Below are positions 18,199 to 28,126 of a stretch of 36,456 nt of DNA, one piece after another. The notes beneath the pieces are model-generated. The model was not told where the DNA came from. It ran no database searches and saw only the letters and a program-made list of their open reading frames with translations. This DNA is from a virus (Duplodnaviria; Caudoviricetes): positions 1 through 36,456 of IMG/VR virus record IMGVR_UViG_3300032330_001063. One strand, written 5' to 3'. Both the position numbers and the translations under genes were made by a program. Within the stretch, counting starts at the first letter, position 1, and every line of letters begins with the position of its first letter.

Positions 18199-19668
18199 AT
18201 GCTGGTTCCGCTCACCCAATTCGCCCCGGACGCTGATCCGGGTGTGGCTGGCGCACTGGTGGACGCTACCGGCGTCATGCCCATCGAGCGCAGTATCAAG
18301 TCCGCTCCAGAGGCGCTGGACACTGGCATCGCTACCGCCGCATCCGAAATCTACGGCGCGGCCACTGTAGAGCGCGTAGATAGCTCCAAGACGCTATACA
18401 TGGGCACGGCCACGAAGCTGTACTCAGCCAGCGGATCGACATGGACGGACGTTACCCGCGCAGCAGGTAACTACTCCGCGCCCGCATCCAGCAGCTGGTA
18501 CTTCACCACCTTCGGCAACCAAGTGCTGGCGGCCAACAACGGCACGGTGATGCAGGTGTCCACTGGCAGCCTGTTTGCTGACATCACTGGCGCACCGCGC
18601 GCTGAGATCGTCGAAACGGTTGGCCTGTTTGTCATGGCGTTTAACGCATCCGATGGCTCGAGCTGGGACTACGACGACGGCTGGTGGAGCAGCGCGCAGG
18701 CCAACGCCACCGACTGGACGCCTGCCATTGCAAGCGGTTCTGTGAATGGGCGTCTGTACGCCACACCCGGCCCCATTCGTGCCGCCAAGCCATTAGGCGA
18801 GCAGATGGTGGTGTACAAGAACACGGGCGTGTATCTGGGCACTAATTCCGGCCCGCCGCGGTGGTGGACTTGGCAGCTAGTGCCAGGCGATGGTGGGTGC
18901 GTTGGCCGGTACGCGGTGGCGCAAATTGTGGTCAATGGTGCGCCCGCACATTTTGTTGTCGGCCCGCGTGGCATGTATGTGTTTGACGGTTCGCGGCCTG
19001 TTAAAATTGGCGACGGGATAGTACGTCGGTGGTTTTATCAGCGGCTCAATCCCACCTACCGCGAGAAAACCTCTTGCGTCGTAGACCGCGCAGAAGGCGT
19101 CGTCTACATCCTGTTTGCCAATAGCGAGTCAACGGGCAGCCTGAATGACTGCCTGATCTACTCTTACCTGACCGGCAAGTGGGGCAGGGGGCGCAACTAC
19201 GCAGCCCGCTTCGGCCTGCAGTACCTAGCGCCTTCCAGTACGTTCGACACCGTGCCGCCAGTTGGTGTGACGTATGAGGCAATCGACGCACCGAGCTACG
19301 ACGACCTGTTCCGCGACGCGGATATGGAAGCGGCGGCGATCGTCACCACTGGCGACCGCATCGCCACGCTGAACGGTTCGGCCAACAGCAGCAGCTTCCG
19401 CACTACTTACTTCGGCACCGACGGCAACTTGTCGCTGATGCGCCGGGTGCGTCCGCGCTTCATTGCCAACCCCACCACTGCCAGCATGAACTTGCTGGTG
19501 GGCGATGCGCTGGGTGATGTGCCATCGACGTATCAATCTGCCACCTACATCGACAAGAGATTTGATGTGCTCGCAGAGTCGCGTTGGCATCAGGTGGATA
19601 TGACGGTGACGGGCGGGTTTGAAATTACCGCGCTGGACGTGGATCTGTCGGGAGTCAGCGAAGAGTGA
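18199..19668 (+). CDS. Tail hub / packaged-DNA stabilisation protein (P22 gp10-like)
   Basis: Beta-propeller-like composition, about 490 aa, expected position; ATG at 18199 follows the previous stop. Confidence 0.75.
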   Translation: MLVPLTQFAPDADPGVAGALVDATGVMPIERSIKSAPEALDTGIATAASEIYGAATVERVDSSKTLYMGTATKLYSASGSTWTDVTRAAGNYSAPASSSWYFTTFGNQVLAANNGTVMQVSTGSLFADITGAPRAEIVETVGLFVMAFNASDGSSWDYDDGWWSSAQANATDWTPAIASGSVNGRLYATPGPIRAAKPLGEQMVVYKNTGVYLGTNSGPPRWWTWQLVPGDGGCVGRYAVAQIVVNGAPAHFVVGPRGMYVFDGSRPVKIGDGIVRRWFYQRLNPTYREKTSCVVDRAEGVVYILFANSESTGSLNDCLIYSYLTGKWGRGRNYAARFGLQYLAPSSTFDTVPPVGVTYEAIDAPSYDDLFRDADMEAAAIVTTGDRIATLNGSANSSSFRTTYFGTDGNLSLMRRVRPRFIANPTTASMNLLVGDALGDVPSTYQSATYIDKRFDVLAESRWHQVDMTVTGGFEITALDVDLSGVSEE

Positions 19669-19681
19669 AACTGAAAAACAA

Positions 19682-19990
19682 ATGAAGCTCAACGAAGACC
19701 CGGTGCTGCCGTCACTAACGGGGCCAACCTTCCTGCCATTTTTGAAGCACCTGCTGGCCAGCCTTGCCCGCCAAGTGAATGGGGCAACAGAGGGCCGCAT
19801 TGCCTCTATCCACGCTGCCAATACATCGTTCCCGACAACGGGGGACTGGATGCAGGGCGATGTGGTGCGCAACAGCACGCCGACGGAGCTGGGCAGCGCT
19901 GGCAGTCGTTATGTCATTACAGAGTGGGTGTGCGTTGCGAGCGGCACGCCTGGCACTTGGGTAGCCGCTCGATCATTGACGGGGAACTAG
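19682..19990 (+). CDS. Small tail-associated protein
   Basis: PTTGDWMQGDVVRN...WVCVASGTPGTW module typical of tail proteins. Confidence 0.7.
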   Translation: MKLNEDPVLPSLTGPTFLPFLKHLLASLARQVNGATEGRIASIHAANTSFPTTGDWMQGDVVRNSTPTELGSAGSRYVITEWVCVASGTPGTWVAARSLTGN

Positions 19991-19991
19991 C

Positions 19992-20957
19992 ATGGCGTTT
20001 GATCCAATCTCAGCGGGCATTGCACTGTTTGGTGGCTTGCTTGGTAACAAGTCATCCAAAAACAGCGGCACGCAAGTCACTAAGTCGGAGCTGCCGGATT
20101 ACCTGCAACCTTATGGGCCCGAATATGCCCAGCGCGTGCAGGACGTTGCAAACCTGCCGTATAACGACTACGGATACAACCGCGTCGCTCCGTTCAGCGA
20201 GGACACGCTGGCCGGCATGGACATGGCGCGCAATGCGGCCAACTACAACCAGCCGCTGTTCGATCAGGCGCAAGGCGAACTGTCCAAAACCATGTCGGGC
20301 GCTTACCTGTCGCCGGACAGCAACCCATACTTGCGTGGCACATACGACGCCGCTGCAGGCCGCATGGCCGATGCGTACAAGATGGGCACGGCAGCGCAGA
20401 CCAACGCCGCAGCGGGCTTTGGCGGCGCGTTTGGTGGCAGCGCTCAGTCGGAACTGCAAGGCCAGCAGAACCGCGCATTCGGTGACTCGCTAGGCCAGCT
20501 TGGGCTTGGGCTGTACGGGCAGAACTTCCAAGCAGAGCGCGGTCGCCAGTTGGGCGCAGTGCAGGCTGCTCCCGCCTTTGCAGGCGCACGGCAGGCGTTC
20601 GACTTTGGCAATGCCAACGCACTGAACTCCATCGGCCAGCAGCAGCAGGCGCTCGGACAGAACTATCTAAACGCCGACTTTGCGCAGTTCCAGGACGCTA
20701 ACGCATACCCGTACAAACAGCTTGATACGTTCGCATCTATGTTCAATCCCAACCTGGGACGCACGGCCACGCAGTCGCAGTCCATCAACCCGATGCTGGG
20801 TGCGTTGGGTGGTGCTGCAGGCGGGCTGGGTATGGCAAGAAGTTTTGGGCTGCTGGGCAATGGCGGCGGCGGAAACCCGTTTATGAGCGGGCTGCAAAGC
20901 GAAGCAATGTCAAACATGGCGAACCTCAATCCGTTTGATGGTCGCGGCGTTATTTAA
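19992..20957 (+). CDS. DNA ejection / internal virion protein (gp7-like)
   Basis: G/A/Q-rich with amphipathic N- and C-terminal glycine-zipper segments. Confidence 0.72.
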   Translation: MAFDPISAGIALFGGLLGNKSSKNSGTQVTKSELPDYLQPYGPEYAQRVQDVANLPYNDYGYNRVAPFSEDTLAGMDMARNAANYNQPLFDQAQGELSKTMSGAYLSPDSNPYLRGTYDAAAGRMADAYKMGTAAQTNAAAGFGGAFGGSAQSELQGQQNRAFGDSLGQLGLGLYGQNFQAERGRQLGAVQAAPAFAGARQAFDFGNANALNSIGQQQQALGQNYLNADFAQFQDANAYPYKQLDTFASMFNPNLGRTATQSQSINPMLGALGGAAGGLGMARSFGLLGNGGGGNPFMSGLQSEAMSNMANLNPFDGRGVI

Positions 20958-20966
20958 GGGGCGCAC

Positions 20967-21311
20967 ATGAACTGGTCGGATATCACTAGCGGCTACGGGT
21001 CGCAGATGGGCGGGCTGCTGGGCGGCTCGCCGCAGTTCCAAGGCATGTTCGGGCAGCGTATGCCTGCGCAGTTTGCACAACTGTTCGCCAATAGCGGCAT
21101 GGGCTTCCAGCCGCAGTTTCCTCAGTACGGCGGCAACACCCGCAGCGCGCAGATGATGAACAACTACATGGGCGGCCTGCTGTCGCGCAGACAGGGCTAC
21201 CAGCCGCCTCCTGTGCCTAGCCGACCCGCACCTGCCGCTGCACCCATGGCGCCGAGCTATGGCGGCGGCGGTACGGGCTACGACTCTTACTCTCCCACGA
21301 CGGGAGGCTGA
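20967..21311 (+). CDS. Low-complexity G/Q/M/P-rich putative internal virion protein
   Basis: Two MGGLL motifs; lies within the ejection gene cluster. Confidence 0.6.
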   Translation: MNWSDITSGYGSQMGGLLGGSPQFQGMFGQRMPAQFAQLFANSGMGFQPQFPQYGGNTRSAQMMNNYMGGLLSRRQGYQPPPVPSRPAPAAAPMAPSYGGGGTGYDSYSPTTGG

Positions 21312-21312
21312 C

Positions 21313-22794
21313 ATGCCGGGACTGTTGGATGCACGCGGTGGGTTCAATGACCCGATCACCATGGGCCTGCTGGGTGCGTCGCAGGCATTGCTGACGCCGA
21401 TGTCGCAGGGTGGCGGGCTGGGTGCTGCGTTCGGCGCGTTTCCTGCTGCACAGCAGGCTGCGCTGAAGAACAAGTATCTCCAGCAGCAGATGGAAGACCA
21501 GCAAGCGGAAACAGAGTTTCGCAGGATGCAGGTTCTGGCGGCGCAGCGTAAAGCCGAGAAAGACGCAGAACTGCAAGCCATGATTCAGCGCCGCCTTGGG
21601 TCGCCTAGCGCATCGGCGCTTGCTCATGGCGCAAATCAAGGCAGCGTCGGGCCGACAAACGCCAATGCGCAGTTGATGCAGCAGGGCGGCGGCTTCCCGT
21701 TTGCTTTTAATGATCTTCTGGCCATCAAAGCAGCCGGTGGGCCGGACTTCCTTGAAGCCTACAAGTTTGCCAACACGCCAATAAAGATGGAGTCTGGCTC
21801 CACCTACGTTGACCCTTTGACCAAGACGGAGCGTTTCATGCCTAGGGCGGGTGAAGGCATGAACCTGATAAACGGTCAGATTTCTCCGGCCCCGGGTTAC
21901 CTTCCGACGCTTGCCGCTGTAACAGAAGCGCAGGAGGGCGCAAAAGCCCGCTTCAACGTCATCCCGGTAGAGACCGCCGACGGGCGCAAGCAATTTATTA
22001 CGGCGGCTGACATTGCTCGCCGCAGCGCTGCGCCTAGCGCACCGGCTCCCACCGCGCCTCCGCCTGGAAGCTTTTTGAATCCCGCGTTGAGTTCGCCCGA
22101 AAACTTTCCGCGCGTAAGCCCCGCAACGCAGAAAGACAGGGACGGCACAAGAAGAGCAATCCTGCAGGACGAATTAAACAAGGCAATTCGCGCTGGTGAT
22201 CCAGGAACTGCGGCGTCTGTGCAACGGGAACTTGACGCCTTGGAAGGCGGTAGTGGCTTTGGTAAACCCAGCTCAGTCGCGCAAGCTGAAGTGATTCGCG
22301 CAGAGCGGGCAAGAGCTGGTGCAGGAATTGACGCTGATGCAGCAAAAAACGCAAGCGCTCAGGCATCTGGCGCCAAGGGCGTAGTGATGATTGCCGATCA
22401 AATTGAAAGGCTGATTGGAGACCCGAACGCGCCAAAGGTGTACGGCAACGCAATCCCTGACCGGATCGCAATGGGCCTGAACGCCATCGGTGGTAACGAA
22501 ACGCCAAAAGCGGTAAACACTAACCAAGTCCGAATGCTTGGCCAGCAAATGGTGCTTGCGCGTGGCTCGCTTGGTGCGGGCGTCTCAGTTGCTGACGCGG
22601 ATCGGTACGACAAGGCGGCCGGCGATTTCAGCCGGGCCAAAACTGTGCCGGACATGATTGCTGCGGTTCGCACGATGCGCGACATCGCCAAAACATACAG
22701 CAGCAACGAAACTTCCGCGCGCCAGCAACTGGAGTCTGGTCAATCAGGCAACGTACTGCGCTACAACCCAAAAAACGACACGTTCACAAAATAA
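21313..22794 (+). CDS. DNA ejection / internal virion protein (gp20-like position)
   Basis: GGGAGG RBS before MPGLLD; helical and A/Q-rich. Confidence 0.72.
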   Translation: MPGLLDARGGFNDPITMGLLGASQALLTPMSQGGGLGAAFGAFPAAQQAALKNKYLQQQMEDQQAETEFRRMQVLAAQRKAEKDAELQAMIQRRLGSPSASALAHGANQGSVGPTNANAQLMQQGGGFPFAFNDLLAIKAAGGPDFLEAYKFANTPIKMESGSTYVDPLTKTERFMPRAGEGMNLINGQISPAPGYLPTLAAVTEAQEGAKARFNVIPVETADGRKQFITAADIARRSAAPSAPAPTAPPPGSFLNPALSSPENFPRVSPATQKDRDGTRRAILQDELNKAIRAGDPGTAASVQRELDALEGGSGFGKPSSVAQAEVIRAERARAGAGIDADAAKNASAQASGAKGVVMIADQIERLIGDPNAPKVYGNAIPDRIAMGLNAIGGNETPKAVNTNQVRMLGQQMVLARGSLGAGVSVADADRYDKAAGDFSRAKTVPDMIAAVRTMRDIAKTYSSNETSARQQLESGQSGNVLRYNPKNDTFTK

Positions 22795-22795
22795 T

Positions 22796-24415
22796 ATGCC
22801 GCTAATTATTGAAGTTGATGGCGTCGGGCCGATGGAGTTTCCCGACGGGATGAGCCAGGCCGATATGGCGTCCGCAATTCAGCGGCACATGTTTCGGCAA
22901 ACCGGCACAGCACCCAACTCACCGTCATCCATCCCGCGCAGCGCACCTGCAGATCCATTGGCCGGCATGTCTCGCGCCGACATCATGGGTGCGGCTTCGG
23001 GTAAAGCGTTCCGCGATGTTTATCGCGGCGTGAAGCAGACGTTTAACATTGGCGATCAAACCGCACTTCAAGCGGAAATCGACAGGGCCAAAAAGGACGA
23101 AGCGCCCCTGATGAAAAGCCCGTGGGGCTTTGGCGCAAACCTTGCGACCAATGCGCTGATGCTTGCTCCGACTGCGCTGATCCCCGGCGTAAACACAGTG
23201 GCCGGAGCGGGCTTGCTTGGGTCGGTGCTTGGAGGCCTTCAGCCCACAGCGTCGGATGAGTCTACTGGCGTCAACATGGCGCTAGGTGCGGCTGGTGGCG
23301 CTGCGGGACAAGGCCTTGCGAACATGTTCGGAACTGCGGTTCGTGGGCTGCGTTCTAGCTACGCGCCCGAGGCAAAGCGGTTGGTTGACGAACTTTCCAC
23401 AAAAGTGCCACTTGACGCTGCGCAACGCACTGGAAACCGCACGCTGGCGTTGATTGACGCCGCCATGGAAAACCTGCCGGGCACGTCCGCGTTGATACAA
23501 AACCGGCGAGCAGGGCAACAGGCTGCGTTTAATCAGGCGGTAGCAGGCACGTTCGGATCGGCTGACGACGCGCTTACTAAGCCCGCAATGGTTGCTGCGC
23601 GAGACCGCATTGGTGGTGAGATTGGCGCCGTCGCCGAGCGCAACACAATGAATGTCACCAACGACGTTTTGGATAGGCTTGGTGACGTAGAAAAATACGT
23701 GGTCAAGAACGACAGCGCTGACATTGTTAAAGCTGTGCAGTCCCAAGTTGATGACATCCTTAGCAAGATGGCTAACGGAAAAATGTCCGGGGAAGCCTAC
23801 AAAAACAAAGACAGCGAGTTGGGCCGGTTAATTCGTGAAACCAACGATGGTGCCAAGAAAAACAGGCTAGGCGAATTGCGTGTCGCGCTACGCGAAGCAA
23901 TGGATGCAAGCATCTCGCCTGCTGATGCGCAGGCATGGGGAAATGCCAGAAAGCAGTACGCCAATCTCATGCGCGTGTCGGAGTCTGGAATTGACGCATC
24001 TGGAAACGTGTCGCCAGCCAAGTTGGCAAACACTTCCATGCGCAAAAACAACCGATTCCAGACAAACGATTTAGACGAGCTGGCGCGTGCTGGCGGTGTC
24101 GCGCTACGCAAGACAATCGGCGACTCTGGGTCGGCGCAGCGACTCATGTACCAAGGCGCATTAACAGGCGGCGGCGGCATGGCCGGATTTATGGCGGGCG
24201 ACGGCAACCCACTAGACGCGGCCACGGGGGCGCTTACTGGTTTAGCGTTTCCATTGACCGCCTATGCGGCGCTAAGGAACCCTGTAGCGCGAACAATGCT
24301 GTCTCGCGGCTTGCTTGGGCCGTCGCCAATGAGCAATGGCGCGGTGAACGCACTGACCCCATTCTTGCGCGGCGGCGGAGTTGGTTTAGGGCTTCTTTCC
24401 AATCCGAATCAGTAA
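22796..24415 (+). CDS. DNA ejection / internal virion protein (gp16-like position)
   Basis: EFPDGMSQADM N-terminal motif, glycine-zipper segments, GDSGSAQRL motif. Confidence 0.72.
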   Translation: MPLIIEVDGVGPMEFPDGMSQADMASAIQRHMFRQTGTAPNSPSSIPRSAPADPLAGMSRADIMGAASGKAFRDVYRGVKQTFNIGDQTALQAEIDRAKKDEAPLMKSPWGFGANLATNALMLAPTALIPGVNTVAGAGLLGSVLGGLQPTASDESTGVNMALGAAGGAAGQGLANMFGTAVRGLRSSYAPEAKRLVDELSTKVPLDAAQRTGNRTLALIDAAMENLPGTSALIQNRRAGQQAAFNQAVAGTFGSADDALTKPAMVAARDRIGGEIGAVAERNTMNVTNDVLDRLGDVEKYVVKNDSADIVKAVQSQVDDILSKMANGKMSGEAYKNKDSELGRLIRETNDGAKKNRLGELRVALREAMDASISPADAQAWGNARKQYANLMRVSESGIDASGNVSPAKLANTSMRKNNRFQTNDLDELARAGGVALRKTIGDSGSAQRLMYQGALTGGGGMAGFMAGDGNPLDAATGALTGLAFPLTAYAALRNPVARTMLSRGLLGPSPMSNGAVNALTPFLRGGGVGLGLLSNPNQ

Positions 24416-24538
24416 GACTCGTTTTAACCTACCGTCCGGCACCCACCGTTGTACGGCAAGCCTTACCGGAAGGCAGATCAGCCCGAGCAGCACCAACGCC
24501 GCAAACGGTCTAAGAACCATTGCCCAAAACATTGTCAT
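24386..24538 (-). CDS. Small antisense-oriented membrane protein (moron-like)
   Basis: MTMFWAMVLRPFAALVLLGLICLPVRLAVQRWVPDGRLKRVLL fills the gap between ejection and tail fibre genes. Confidence 0.55.
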   Translation of the reverse strand: MTMFWAMVLRPFAALVLLGLICLPVRLAVQRWVPDGRLKRVLLIRIGKKP

Positions 24539-24645
24539 TTGGCTTTGCGCTACGCCCTTCCATAACCGCCACATCCTGCCACGCCAACCAGCGCCGCGCT
24601 GTCGGATAACTCCGATACCGGCGCTATTTTTTGCCCGGATGAACC

Positions 24646-25374
24646 ATGCCCGTACCATCGCTAATCACCGACCTGTCAACTACAGCGGCGTCTAACTCAC
24701 CGGCAGGCGGCGAATCTGCCCGTGGAACGATAGACGACTACCTGCGCGCCCATGCGTCGTTCATCGCAACGCTACGCGACGCCAGGGTTACAAAAGCCGG
24801 CGACACCATGACCGGGACGTTGGTGGTAAACCCGGGCGACTTGCTGGTTGGCAGGACAAGCACGCCGTCAGCGAACACAAACGTAAAAGGCTCAAGTCTA
24901 GCTAATGACGGGCGAGTTATTGCAGAGTCCGACTACAGTGTCGGCGCTTCAATCTCTAGCAATGTTTTCAACGCCGGGGCAAACAACGCCAACAACATGC
25001 AGTTCTACAGGAACGGCATTGCTGCGGGTGTCGTTGTCACCAACTCCAGCGCCCAAACGTCCTACGCGGCGTCATCGGACTACAGGCTAAAGAATGACCC
25101 GCAACCTCTGACAGGCAGTGGCGCATTTATCGACGCCTTGCAGCCTAAGACATGGACTTGGGATACAAGCGGACAGCCTGGTGCCGGCTTTATTGCCCAC
25201 GAAGTAGCCGCCGTGTCGCCGTCTAGCGTGTTCGGAGAGAAAGACGCGGTAAACGACGACGGCTCGCCTAAGTACCAAAGCATGGAGTACGGGTCGCCAG
25301 AGTTCATCGCCAACATCGTTGCCGAGCTGCAGTCGCTGCGTGCCCGCGTTGCCGCGCTGGAGGCACGGCCATGA
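24646..25374 (+). CDS. Tail fibre/spike with C-terminal S74 intramolecular chaperone
   Basis: SSDYRLKND cleavage motif, GFIAHEV, terminal coiled coil ELQSLRARVAALE. Confidence 0.85.
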   Translation: MPVPSLITDLSTTAASNSPAGGESARGTIDDYLRAHASFIATLRDARVTKAGDTMTGTLVVNPGDLLVGRTSTPSANTNVKGSSLANDGRVIAESDYSVGASISSNVFNAGANNANNMQFYRNGIAAGVVVTNSSAQTSYAASSDYRLKNDPQPLTGSGAFIDALQPKTWTWDTSGQPGAGFIAHEVAAVSPSSVFGEKDAVNDDGSPKYQSMEYGSPEFIANIVAELQSLRARVAALEARP

Positions 25375-25637
25375 CGACCGATCCCGACTTCCTGCGGCTG
25401 GAAAACAAGGTAGACAAGCTGACCGACGCGGTGATGCGCCTGGTGCTGATCGAGGAGCGCCAAACGACACAAGGTGAGCGTATCGGTGCCTGCGAGACAA
25501 AGCTCGCAGTGACAGAAGCCGCCATTGTCAAAACAGAGCGCAAGGTTGACCAGTGGGTGAACCGTGGCGTGGGTGTGTGGCTCGCTGCTGTGGTGCTGTT
25601 CACGCTTGCGCAGTTCGGTGCCAAGTTCATCAAGTAG
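25371..25637 (+). CDS. Coiled-coil protein with one C-terminal TM helix (holin/XhlA-like)
   Basis: RLENKVDKLTDAVMRLVLIEERQ plus GVGVWLAAVVLFTLAQF; precedes the endolysin. Confidence 0.65.
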   Translation: MTTDPDFLRLENKVDKLTDAVMRLVLIEERQTTQGERIGACETKLAVTEAAIVKTERKVDQWVNRGVGVWLAAVVLFTLAQFGAKFIK

Positions 25638-25640
25638 CCC

Positions 25641-26705
25641 ATGCTCACCAACCAAGCTGGCGTCGAACTCATCAAAGAGTTCGAGGGGCTGCGGCTGCGC
25701 GCGTATCGGTGCCCCGCAGGCGTTCCAACCATCGGCTACGGCACCACCGTGTACCCCACGGGATACAAGGTGCAGCTCGGTGAGCAGATCACCGCAGAGC
25801 AGGCCGAAGAGTTTCTGCGCAGTGATCTGCGGGATTTTGAGCGCGAAGTCGAGCGCATGGTGCTAGTGCCGCTCAACCCCAATCAGTTCGCCGCACTTGT
25901 AAGTTTTGCTTACAACTTGGGCGCGGAAGCCCTGCGCAAGTCCACCCTGATGCGCATGCTGAACGCTCACAACTACGCGGGCGCTGTAGACCAATTCGGT
26001 CGCTGGACGTATGCCGCTGGCAAGCAACTGCCCGGCTTAGTGCGCAGGCGTGCTGCTGAGCGTGCGCTGTTTATCCAAACGGATGTAACGCCCACCAGTA
26101 CGCCAGAAGTTGGCGACTTCCCAACCATGCAGCCCGTCGCTGCGATCCACGTGGAACAACCCATGGCCCCAATCGTTGCGGCGCTCATGCCGTCGCTCAT
26201 CTCTGCCATTCCCGAGATTGCCAAGCTGTTTGGATCTGGGCCGCGAACAGATAAGACGGCGGCCATCGCGCAGAAGGTTGCCGAGACAGTGATTGCGGCC
26301 ACCAACACGCCCAACCTGCAGGCTGCTGTGGAAACCGTGCAGGCCGATCCGCAGATGCGTGCGCAGGCCACAGAAGCCGTGCAGGCCATCTGGTACGAGC
26401 TGCAAGAGATTGGCGGCGGCATCAGTGCGGCACGCGAGTTTTCCGCAAAGACTGCGGCGGACGGAGCGAGCTTTATCCGCATGCCAGCGTTCTGGATCAG
26501 CCTTGCCCTGCTGCCGTTGCTCTACGGCACCGTGTACGCGGTACTGACGGGCGCAGAGGGATTCACCAACGAGTTGCGTGCAGCCATTGCCAGCAGCGTC
26601 GTGACGGGCGTCCTGGGCGCTGTAGCGGGCTTCTGGCTTGGCTCATCGTTCACCACCAGCCGCTCCAGAGGGTTGGGCGCAACGCCCACCAACGACCAGT
26701 CATGA
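25641..26705 (+). CDS. GH24 lysozyme endolysin fused to a holin-like membrane domain
   Basis: IKEFEGLRLRAYRCPAGVPTIGYG...LPGLVRRRAAERALF, then a linker and a C-terminal half with two hydrophobic helices ending GFWLGSS. Confidence 0.88.
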   Translation: MLTNQAGVELIKEFEGLRLRAYRCPAGVPTIGYGTTVYPTGYKVQLGEQITAEQAEEFLRSDLRDFEREVERMVLVPLNPNQFAALVSFAYNLGAEALRKSTLMRMLNAHNYAGAVDQFGRWTYAAGKQLPGLVRRRAAERALFIQTDVTPTSTPEVGDFPTMQPVAAIHVEQPMAPIVAALMPSLISAIPEIAKLFGSGPRTDKTAAIAQKVAETVIAATNTPNLQAAVETVQADPQMRAQATEAVQAIWYELQEIGGGISAAREFSAKTAADGASFIRMPAFWISLALLPLLYGTVYAVLTGAEGFTNELRAAIASSVVTGVLGAVAGFWLGSSFTTSRSRGLGATPTNDQS

Positions 26706-26908
26706 AAGCCGCCCTGGCGTTTGTGGCCGTGATGGTTCCGGCCCAAGCCCAGGGGCCGACGTTCGACATCCAAGTGGCCTGTGATGGCCCGGTGCCGCTA
26801 GGCATGCGCATAAATGCGCTGCGAGCTGGCTCTGCCTTTGTTCGTGTATCTGATCTTCTGGAGTTTTGTGCGCGTGAGTACAGCGAAGAAGAAAAGAAGC
26901 GAAGCTAA
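26702..26908 (+). CDS. Small exported hypothetical protein
   Basis: Signal-peptide-like MKAALAFVAVMVPAQA; ATGA-coupled. Confidence 0.55.
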   Translation: MKAALAFVAVMVPAQAQGPTFDIQVACDGPVPLGMRINALRAGSAFVRVSDLLEFCAREYSEEEKKRS

Positions 26909-26918
26909 ACCTGCGGCG

Positions 26919-27173
26919 ATGGTTCGGGTGAAGTGGACGGACGCAGCAATGTCTACATCCCCGCATTGGCAGGAAGGTGCGCAACCCAAGCCGCCAAAAG
27001 GCAAAAGCATGCACGTCTGCCTCACTGTGGGCTGGCTGGTGCATCTCGATGAGCGTTGGTGCCAGGTGGTGGCCACGCTTACCGATGGCGGCCACGCGCA
27101 CGTCACAGAGATTCCCACAGGGATGATCGAGACGATTGAAGTGCTAGAGCCTGCGGGCGAGATGGGTGCCTGA
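26919..27173 (+). CDS. Small phage protein (VxWxDA...CxTVGW type)
   Basis: MVRVKWTDA...CLTVGWLV...IPTGMIETIE; exact start uncertain; TGATG-coupled to the next gene. Confidence 0.65.
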   Translation: MVRVKWTDAAMSTSPHWQEGAQPKPPKGKSMHVCLTVGWLVHLDERWCQVVATLTDGGHAHVTEIPTGMIETIEVLEPAGEMGA

Positions 27174-28126
27174 TGGCTGTCCGCAAATTTACCGATGACC
27201 AGCTACTGGCCGCGCTGGCAGAAACACGCAGCACCGCCGCGCTGGCAAAGAAGTTCGATGTGTCGCCACGCGCCGTGGTGACCCGCATGCGCAAGCTGAA
27301 TGTGCCGCCTGCCAAGCACGCAAAAGCCGCGCAGGGGTTGCCCACCCGGGCAGAGATAGAGCGCAGCATCGGACGCATCAGCACCACCATCACCGATGGC
27401 CGTGCGGTGATCTTTAGCGACGCCCACTTCCAACCCGACTGCATCTCCACTGCAAACCGTGCCCTGCTGAAGTTGCTGCCCGAGCTGCGCCCAAGCGTGG
27501 TTGTCTGCAACGGGGATGCGTTTGATGGGTCTGCCGTCAGCCGGCACTCGCCGATGTTCGGCGACAAGCCACATACGCCTGCAGCGGAACTGCGTGCATG
27601 TCAGGAGCGGCTCACCGAGATTGCCGAGCTATCCAAGGGTGCACTGCGCATCTGGACGCTGGGCAACCACGACATCCGGCTGCACACCTATCTGGCGACA
27701 TCGGCCCCAGCGCTTGCAGACATGCCAGGGTTGGATCTGCGAACCCTGTTCCCAGAATGGGAGTTTTGCTGGTCGCTAAGGGTGAACGACGACACGGTAA
27801 TTAAGCACCGATACCGAGGTGGCATGTACGCGCCCGCGAATAATGTCAGGGGCGCATTGGGCATGTCGTTCGTTACCGGCCACCTGCACAGCCTAAAAGT
27901 TATGCCTATTTCGGCATACAGCGACCGATGTGCCTACGGGGTCGATACGGGGATGCTGGCCGAGCCGGAGTGGAGCGCGTTCAACTACCGGGAAGACAGC
28001 CCAGCCGACTGGCGCAGCGGGTTTGTGGTGATGACGTGGCGCGGTGGCCGCCTGCTATGGCCCGAGGTGGTCAACGTGGTGGAAGAGGGCGTGTTTGAAT
28101 TTCGTGGCGAGTTGATGGAGGTTTAG
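27173..28126 (+). CDS. Calcineurin-like metallophosphoesterase with N-terminal HTH
   Basis: SDAH, NGDAFD, GNHD and GHLH motifs; N-terminal STAALAKKFDVSPRAV. Confidence 0.88.
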   Translation: MAVRKFTDDQLLAALAETRSTAALAKKFDVSPRAVVTRMRKLNVPPAKHAKAAQGLPTRAEIERSIGRISTTITDGRAVIFSDAHFQPDCISTANRALLKLLPELRPSVVVCNGDAFDGSAVSRHSPMFGDKPHTPAAELRACQERLTEIAELSKGALRIWTLGNHDIRLHTYLATSAPALADMPGLDLRTLFPEWEFCWSLRVNDDTVIKHRYRGGMYAPANNVRGALGMSFVTGHLHSLKVMPISAYSDRCAYGVDTGMLAEPEWSAFNYREDSPADWRSGFVVMTWRGGRLLWPEVVNVVEEGVFEFRGELMEV

